Shown: piece after piece, positions 51,001 through 60,000 of the stretch
Layout: every line of letters starts with the position of its first letter
Numbering within the stretch: the first letter of the stretch is position 1
From: Glaucostegus cemiculus
Lineage: Eukaryota
DNA length: 64,000 bases
Assembly (NCBI GenBank): GCA_976551045.1
Contig: CDPCPM010000017.1
Span: 6,510,001 to 6,574,000 of the forward strand
Direction: 5' to 3'
Translations under genes and position numbers: made by a program
The notes under the pieces: generated by a model
Seen by the model: the letters and a program-made list of their open reading frames with translations, nothing else
Database searches by the model: none
What the model was told of the DNA's origin: nothing

Positions 51001-54000
51001 TGTTCTTTGAACTGCAGAATATTAAGCAATTCTAATGTTCACCGCATTTACATTGCAAATGAAACTGATCTCATTTTGGATAGGGATTTTTGTAAATTTG
51101 CCATCCTCTAGGAAATACTGCATTGTGGTGACTGGCAGATGAACTCTTAAAATTTGTATTTAAAGGGTTTATTATTCCTGACATTTCTTAAAGTTTGAGG
51201 GTCAGATACAGCGGTTTGTATCCTCCTGCATTGCCAATAGGTGCATGGAGCTGTGAGGCAGCAGTGCTAGCTGCACCACTGCTGCATCACCATTTCATAA
51301 CTAGCTCTCATTTCTTAATTGCTTGTTGATATTTATCAGAGTACTTTAATGCTAAACATGCCACATCTTTGTGTTTTTCCAGATTACAGCTGCCCCGACT
51401 GGTTAATTTACAAGCCTTGTGCAAGTCAGGACAATAATCACTTTGACAATAAGTAAGTATTAACCATTGTCAGGAATGCATTGAGGGAACTTTCTGATGA
51501 AGCTAATAATCAAAACTAATTGGCAATCAGGCATTATAAAAACTTAAATTTATTTATTTTATGGAAAAATGTCTTCTAAACTGTGTTGAACAATAGTACA
51601 TATAACCACACCTTTGTTACCATAGTTAAGGAATTTAGCACCAAACTAGTTCTCAGAAAAAACATTCACAAAACAAATCTTTATTTTTAACTTATTATAA
51701 CAACCTCCAATGGAATATTCCAGATTTTGCTCACCAATGAGGAAATTCATCAGTGGTGCGCAGAATACAATTGTGACTTTATAGAAGTATTTTGGAGGCA
51801 ATGAAATCAAATGGCCCGGTTGAACAATCTGCCCAAATATAGAAAAGTCTGGAAACAATCAGCAACTCTGTGGACAGAGAAACAGAATTAACATTTCAAG
51901 CCAATGATTCTTTTTCAGAACTGGAAAAATGGTAAAACCAATGTGCAAAATGCAGCAAAAAATGGAGTGCCTGACCTTCTGAGTATCTAAGTAACTTTTT
52001 GTTTTGTTTCAAATTTCCAGCATCTGCAATTTTTTTTTATTTTGAATCTGGTTAAACAGTATTGCACAGCTCTGGATGGAGCATTGTGATAGCTGGATAG
52101 ATTTTGTTATAGCAGGAGAATACATTGGACAGAATCCTGCTGATCAATGACAGCATTTCATCAGCAAACTGCCATTAGGTACAATTAATTTAAGATGACA
52201 TGTTCAGGGCTTTGATGTAAATATAACTAATTACTTAAATCCAGAATCTGCTAACATATTTCAGTTGCCAAATCCATCCGTATACTGTGCCGCTAGACTC
52301 TGCATGGAATCTAATAGTGAAGCATAAACTTGCTGAGACACCCAAATGTTTACACTGGGGAATCTACTCATTGCTCCTGTACCAGGGCAAAGAGCCAGTC
52401 TAAAATATTCTGGCCTGGCTCATGATCTCCAATCCATTCATTTCCAAAGAAGTTTTGCGGTTTTGAGTCAGAAACGTCAGAATGAGTTACATTTTTTTAA
52501 AAAAAAACATTTAACTTAATTAAAACATTATGACAAAGGTTTTAGTTGATTTCATTATATTTGAATATTTTGTTTAACTTTTTGTTTCATTTTTAATAAT
52601 TGTTGAAAGGTTCTGAATGCATCCAAATTTTAGCAGCCTCGTCTGACAGTAAAGTCGAGGGGGTGAGGTTTGGGTGGGGTGGGGGGGGGCACCTTGCTGT
52701 ATGCCAAAGGATTCCAACAGTCTTGTTGGGAGGCTTGTTCTTTCCCATCCATATGTTGCAGAGTAAGAGAATCACCCACTCAAACAGTTTTCGGTTCAGA
52801 TAGATACATATTTGTTTGATAACTCTATCATCTCGAGTAAGGAGAAAGACACTGATTACCAGTACAGTGCACAATCTCTCTCATTGTACATAATATGGCA
52901 CTTTTATATGCATTGAGCGATAAGGTAAAGCATCTCCACAAACACACAGACTTTCACTGCTGGCCAACCCAGGATGGGAAGCTGTATGATCATTCACTTC
53001 TGACAACATCTTGCCCACATGATCATCGTGTGTTTACAGACACCTAGTCAGGTAATCTCATGTCTGAGGTATCTTTTAGTTCATTTGACACCTTGATTAC
53101 CGTGGTGATGGTACTAGAATTAGATCTGTTACCTCCATTTACCACATTCTTTTCTGTGCCTTTTGAGTATCTCTTATTTCATGCTGCCGTGCAAGATCAG
53201 GTCACGCTACAGGTTTGACTTGCCCTATGCTTTAATAATGTAATATGCAAGTGAACCCCACAGTCTGGTTCCCTGCATCCATTGTCATGTACCACATCAT
53301 ATAACCCAACAATGTTATGCAAAATCCTGGGTCTACGCATGGCATCACTGATCAGGAGAGGACGCTCAGTCAGCATCTTGGGTTGAACTAAGAAAGGCAG
53401 GACAGCGGGGAGTGTAATGTGGTGAGTGCTGCAGTGGGTCCCACTGAGCAATTTCCAGGCCATTTATTCCTACAGTAGGGAAGGAAAGATCTCTCTTTAC
53501 CTTCCCAGCGATCCACATCAGCACTTCAATGAGCCAACATCACCAAGTCTTTCACCAGTACTTTCATGGTGAAGTGCCTTCTCTCTGACCCTAACTCACT
53601 AGTATAACGCTGCCCCCACCATTACATTTGCTGGTTTAATCGGTTTTTGCTGTTTTCAATTCTTTTAAATAAACCTGTTTTTCAGCATGCTGAGCCGCAG
53701 CTGGAAATTGCCCCCCCTGTCAGAAGGCTGCTTTTGTCCAAAAGGAATGATTCTTTCTGAAAACGGGACTACATGCATTGACTCAAGTGAGTTGCCTTAT
53801 TTCTTTAAGTTAAATATAGCACAAGCTGCTTGATCAATAGTAAACCTTAAATAAATGCATATTTAATTAATAATTAAATCGATTTGTTATTCGTGGAAAT
53901 ATAATGAAGGCAATGATATTGTACTCGATTCCACAGGTTGCACAGACAGCTCGGGAAATATAAAATATGTAAGTGTTCTTTTCCTTCAAACCACAACATA

Positions 54001-57000
54001 ACTAAAGGTCCTCATTTATTGTATTACACTGCATTTATGAGTAGAAGTTACTTTGCATCCAAAAGGCCTGAAAAGTGTAAAGACCAATAAAATGTTATAA
54101 CTTTCATTAAATCTGCTCTCCATCATGTGCATGTGACAGGCCAAAATTCACCATACTACCTTAACCTACCTTCCCTCTTATAATTGCAAAAAAGACCACA
54201 GGAAACAATTCCTTCCCTTCTTTGGACACAGTCATATTGACTTTACGAATGTGGTGAATAAATCTGTTATTTTACAAAATGCTTCATGCTTCAGCTTCAA
54301 AAAACAGCATTGTACCATGCACAAAAACCAAGCTGTGTATGGAAGAATTCCCTCCAATGGGGAGAGTGCAGAGAAGTATGGGGAGCAGTTGAGCATCAGA
54401 GAAAGAATGCAACCAGGATGGAGTAGCCTGAGTCCTGGGAGAAATGTGGAGGCAGAATCAAGATCTGGAGTGGGGGTGATGGGGAAGAGAGAGGATCAGG
54501 ACTTGGGGTCAAGGAATGCTGGGACGGAGACTTGGAAGAGATGCAGAGAGAGAATTGCAACCTCATTTGGGAATTGTGGAAATGAAGAGGGATTGATACC
54601 TAGAGATAGAGTTATAGGAGGAGGGAGAGCTCAGAAAGAGGACAGGCTTCAATGGTGTGGAAGATCAAGGAGAAAGAGAAGGGAATAAGATGTGGAGAGT
54701 GAATTGGGATCTAAAGTCAGCTGGGGAAGTGAGTCAGAGAAAGGATTGAGATCCGTCCAGGGATGGGTGTATCCTTGGGAGTTTTGAGACATGAGGATTT
54801 GGGAGAGGTGGTGATCAGAATGAAGGTTAGGATCTGGGGATGGGGGAGCAGAAGGGTTCTGAGAGAAAATCAAAACTCATACATCTTTTCCTGCATGTTT
54901 CATTCCAAGGAAGGAGAAATATGGCGAGATTCTACTGATCAGTGCACCTTCCGGAAATGCATTAAATCTCAGGTTGGTATCACATTTTATTTAAATGTGC
55001 CGCACTTTTGAAGATTGTTAACAAATGCATATCAATGGGTTGATAAATCTATTTAAAATCTAATTAACAGAAACATCATGATTTGATGAATAAACATAAT
55101 ATTTAGAATCAAATAAATGTGGCAGCACGATAGCGTAGCGGTTAGCACGACGCTGTTACAATGCCAGCGATCAGGGTTCGATTCCCATTGCTGTCTGTAA
55201 GGAGTTTGTACGTTCTCCCGTGTCTGCGTGGGTTTCCTCCAGGTGCTCTGTTGTCCTCCCACATTCTGAAAGATGTACGGGTAGGTTAATTTGGGGGTTT
55301 AAAATGGGCGGTGTGGACTCGGAGGGCCAAAAGGGCCTGTTACCGTGCTGTAAATAAAAATTTTTTAAAAATTTTAAAATGCAAAAGGAACTGAAGTACT
55401 GTGGTGACACAAAGGTTCAATTCCCAGACTAGTAATTCAGAAAACTGGATGAATAATCTAGCAACCAAAGTTCAAATCCCACCATAGCAGCTGTGGAATT
55501 TAAATTCAGTTCTTAATATGAAATTTGTGCCACTGATGATGATGAAAACAACTGGACTTTCACAAAAACCTATTTGGTTCACTGATATTGTTTGTGGAGG
55601 AGAACTGTTATCTTTCCCCAATCCTTACCCAAATACACACCACATGGCTGACTCTTAAATGCCCTTTGAAATAACTGAGCAAGCCACTCAGTTATACCAT
55701 TACCATTATGTTCAAACAAAGAAGAAATTAATCCAGTCAAACCACTTGGCATCCAATGGGGCATATTAAATGATTTGGGCATTTTGGTTAATGACCTGCA
55801 ACTGTAACATTGGGTAGGGACCAAGGCCCACATCTTTGTGTGCCACTGAACAGGTTGCACTGAAGACTTATCCTTTTGTGTATTTTGCAATGGCAGAGGC
55901 AATTTGGACATGGCAAGTTACTTCCTGACCCTCATAAGCCCCTCATAAAGTCCTCACAAACATCTGGGACTGCCTGACATAGATGTACTCACAGAATCAT
56001 ACTTTGCCGACAATATACCAGACTCCCAAATAACAATCGCGTCAGCAAGACTAACCCACTAGAGTTGGCGGCATAGTGGCATACAAGAGGGAGTGGTCCT
56101 TGGAGTTATCACTGTTGACTCTAGCCCCCTGGAAGTATTATGGTATCAGGTCAAACATAGGCAAGGAAACATCCTTCTGATTACCACCCACCATCCTCCC
56201 TCTGCTGATGAATTGCTGCTTGTCCATTTTGAACAACTGGAAGAAGCACTGAAAGAAGAACGGGCACAGAACGTACTCTGTCTGGGGAACTTCAATGTCT
56301 GCCATCACGAGTGGCCTAATAGCACTACCACAGAGCAAACTTGAACAACACAGTTGTCAGACTGGGTCTGTGGCAATTACTGAAGCAACAGGAGGATAAA
56401 CCAATGTGACCTCATCCCCACCAATCTACCTGTGGCAGATGCATCTGTTCATTATAGTATTGTAGAAGTGAGTGGCAGGCAGCCCTTGTGGAGACAAAAT
56501 TCCATTTTCACGCATCTTCCCTGTATCACTAAATGGGAGAGACGCAGAAGCAGCTCAAAACTGGGCACCCATGAGGTGCTGTGGACTATCAGTAGCAATG
56601 TCCACCCACCACAATTTGTAACCTTATGGCCTGGCATATCCCTCACTACCACTACTATCGAGCAATGGAACCAACCCTGGTTCAATGCGTGCAAAGGGCA
56701 CGCTGCCAGCAGCAGCAGTATATCTGAAAGTGAAGTGCCATCCCCGTGAGGCTGCAGTACAGCACTACGTGGTCGTTGAACAGCAAAATAAGTATATAAT
56801 GGACCCAGGTATACTGCAGCTTACACATTTGGACTGAGACAAAGTGATGGAGGGATTTGAGATGGGTAAGATTCTCAAGGCCATGAGATTTTGTTTGGGG
56901 GGGGGGGGGAGGTGTTGTGGATCATGAGACCATTTATAGTTTTCAGGAATAAGGGTTATGCCAATGAAATCATATTTTAACTGAAAATTACATAACTGTA

Positions 57001-60000
57001 ATTGATTTATGAGTATTCCTGTGTTTCTGTGTGATTCCAGTGCTAGTCATACTCCAATAACATTTATATCGTCAACTAATTGTAAGATTTCTGTGTGTTT
57101 AGACGAGAACAATTTGGACTGAAGATCACTGCTGCCACTCATGTTTATTAAAAGAAGGTATTCATGTGACTTCTTTAGTCCCAGTTACATTTAGATCATT
57201 CTTAGTGACGGTTTAAAGCAATTGTAGACTTTGAAGGTGGTGGGGTGGGGTGGGGTGTGGGAAGAACGTGGAGTGACTAGAAAATAGAATATTTTAAAAA
57301 TAGAATTGGTCTGGTGGCTAATTATTTTGTCCAGCTTCACATTGACAAAAAGCACAGGGACAGTCTCATGTGTTTCAGCTGGAGCAGAGGAGTACCACTA
57401 ATGGCCTTGTAACTGTGAGGAGAAAAATCAGTAGCAAAAATATGTGCAATACAACCAAAAACATTACTGGTCTCTAGGATATGAATCCTTCTACATCTGA
57501 TTGCATTTGTTCTCATTTCTTCTGATGATATTTTACACAGACTGCAGATTTCAACGTCTGGCTTTTGGAACTGTTAACCTAAGTTCACACGTAAAGCCAA
57601 GGAATTCCTTTTTACTTCATGGTGGAATGTTCCTCAATTTCACTCCAGCAAACAACTCACCTTCACCCCAATCACAGATCATTTAAAATAAGTAGGGTGG
57701 GCACAACATGCAAGTGAATAAAAATATTTCAATTGAACTACCCTGGCTACTGGAATTTAACTACTATGGTACCTCTCCAGTGACAGAAAGGAAATACTGA
57801 AAACCCCTCAAAAAATAGGGAAAATATGAGAGGAAAATTAACTCAAATCCTACCATCAGGCGAGCAATTCTGTGGGTCTCCCGGGGCCAGATTGGAATTT
57901 TAGTGTTCACATGTCCAATGTACCTGAAGAGATTAATCATGCAAAGCATTAACCAAATGTATCTGGTTGGTTCATATACTATTTCTAAATTATAAGCAAG
58001 TAAAAATCCAGTTATTTCCTGGTTGATTTATTTGTTTTTTATAATTTGGACATACAGCTAAAATTTTCCTCTCAAGACCAATACACTTACTGGTAGCATC
58101 ACTGAGCTGAATTGCCAATCCATAGCTAGGGTTTTTCTGTTCAGTAAAGTGCACTACCATATTGTACAAGGTTCATTTATTCAGGGCATCTGAGGGTGTA
58201 AGTGAATTAAAAATCACAAGTTACTTCAGTACTATAATTCCAAGCAAACTCCTAGACCACTCAACACCTCACTTTTCAATTGGGCCCTTGACTTCCTGAC
58301 CAACATAGCACAATCAGTAAGGATAGGCAACAACACCTCCGCCACAATTCTTCTCAACACTGGTGCCCCACAAGACTGTGTCCTCAGCCTCTTACTTCCT
58401 AGATGCTCACGACTGCATGGCCAGACTCTGCTCTACTTCCATCTACAAGTTTGCAGATGACACCACCATAGTGGGCCAAATCTCAAATAACAATGAGTGA
58501 GTAAAGGAAGGAGATAGAGAGTCTAGTGGCATGGGGTCATGTAAACAACCTTACCCTCAATGTCAGCAAAACAGAAGAACTTATCATTGACTTCAGGAAG
58601 GTGGGGCGGTGGGGTTCACATGTTCCTCTTTACATCAACCCCACTGAAGTCAAGAGGTTTGAGAGCCTCCTAGGAGTAAACATCACTAATAGCCTTCCTG
58701 GTCCAACCACGTAGATGCCATGGCTAAGAAAGCACACCAGCACCTCGAATTCCTCAAGAGGTTAAAGAAATTTGGCATGTTCCCTTTGGACCTCACCAAT
58801 TTTTATAGATGCACCTCAGAAGACATCCTTTCAGGATGCATCATGGCTTGGTATGGCAACTGCTGTGCCAGAGACTACAAGAAGTTGCAGAGAGTTGTTG
58901 ACTCAGTTCAGCACATCATGGAAACCATGGAGTTTGTATACACTTCTTGCTTTCTTGGTGAAGCAACCAATGTAGTCAAAGACCCCATCCACCCTGAGCA
59001 TTCTCTCTTCTCCACCCTCCCACAGGGCAGAAGATCAAAAGCCTGAAAGCACATACCACCAGTCTCAAGGACAGCTTCTATCCTGCTGTTATAAAGCTAT
59101 TGAATGGTCCTCTAGTACGATAAAATGGGCTCTTGACCTCACAATCTACCTTGTCATGGCTTTGCACCTTATTGTCTACCTGCACTGCACTTTCTCTGTG
59201 ACTATAACACTTTATTCTTGTTAAACTTATTCTGCATTCTGTTATTGTTTTTCCCTTGTACCACCTCAATGCATCGATGTGATAAAATGATCTGTATGGA
59301 TGGCATGCAAAACAAAGTTTTTCACTGTACCTCAGTACATGTGACAGTAATAAACCAATTTACCAATTTCCCTCTGAATTTGATTTTCTTTTCTCCCCAC
59401 TTTGAAATGTCTGCAGGAATTACAAGGCTTCATATTGGTCATCCAATTCTGTTATTAATTATCCTCCATCAAAGTTGTCACCCATAACATTTGATGTCTT
59501 AATGTTTTAGTCAGTTGCTCCTCAGGAATCTAACCAACCAAATGATTTCCTTACCCCTTCTAGTTATGTTCTGCTAGGGATGACACTTATACAAGTTCTA
59601 TAGTAGTAGTTGTCTTGCTGCAAGTAGAAATATTTTGTTTATCTTTTTCCTATTTTTAAATGCTGGATTGTTTTTCATTATCTTTTCATAGATGCTTGTC
59701 AGATGTTGGTTTATTCCAAAATTGTCACACAAGCAAATTCAAGCTGCTGGGCAGAAATTGACATGGCAAAATGTCAAGGTAGCTGCCCTGGAAAATTTGA
59801 GTAAGTACTTCTTCAGAATAAGTGTAGGAGGCTAGAGATTTCAGAGAGGAAAATGCCCGGGAGGATGTAAAGGAGAGCTGCAAAAGATGGCACTGCATGA
59901 AATCTTTCAGCATGAAAGAACTGGAGGACAGAAAGAGAGCCCAACCATATCTTGCTAAGATTGCCCCTCTGACAATGTAATAGTCTGAGTGGATGACATA

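Noticed and set aside
54251-54873. Purine-rich 145-aa ORF in intron 38
   Set aside because: Low-complexity GA-rich sequence with no domain and no usable splice context.
55121-55190. tRNA-like sequence with A and B boxes (also minus strand near 25400-25467)
   Set aside because: Head of a V-SINE, continuous with the V domain and tail; not a tRNA gene.
57041-57102. Longer exon 40 starting at the acceptor at 57040
   Set aside because: Stops occur in the phases exon 39 can supply; the Cys-containing frame needs phase 2 plus a frameshift. Kept only as an alternative in the VWC finding.
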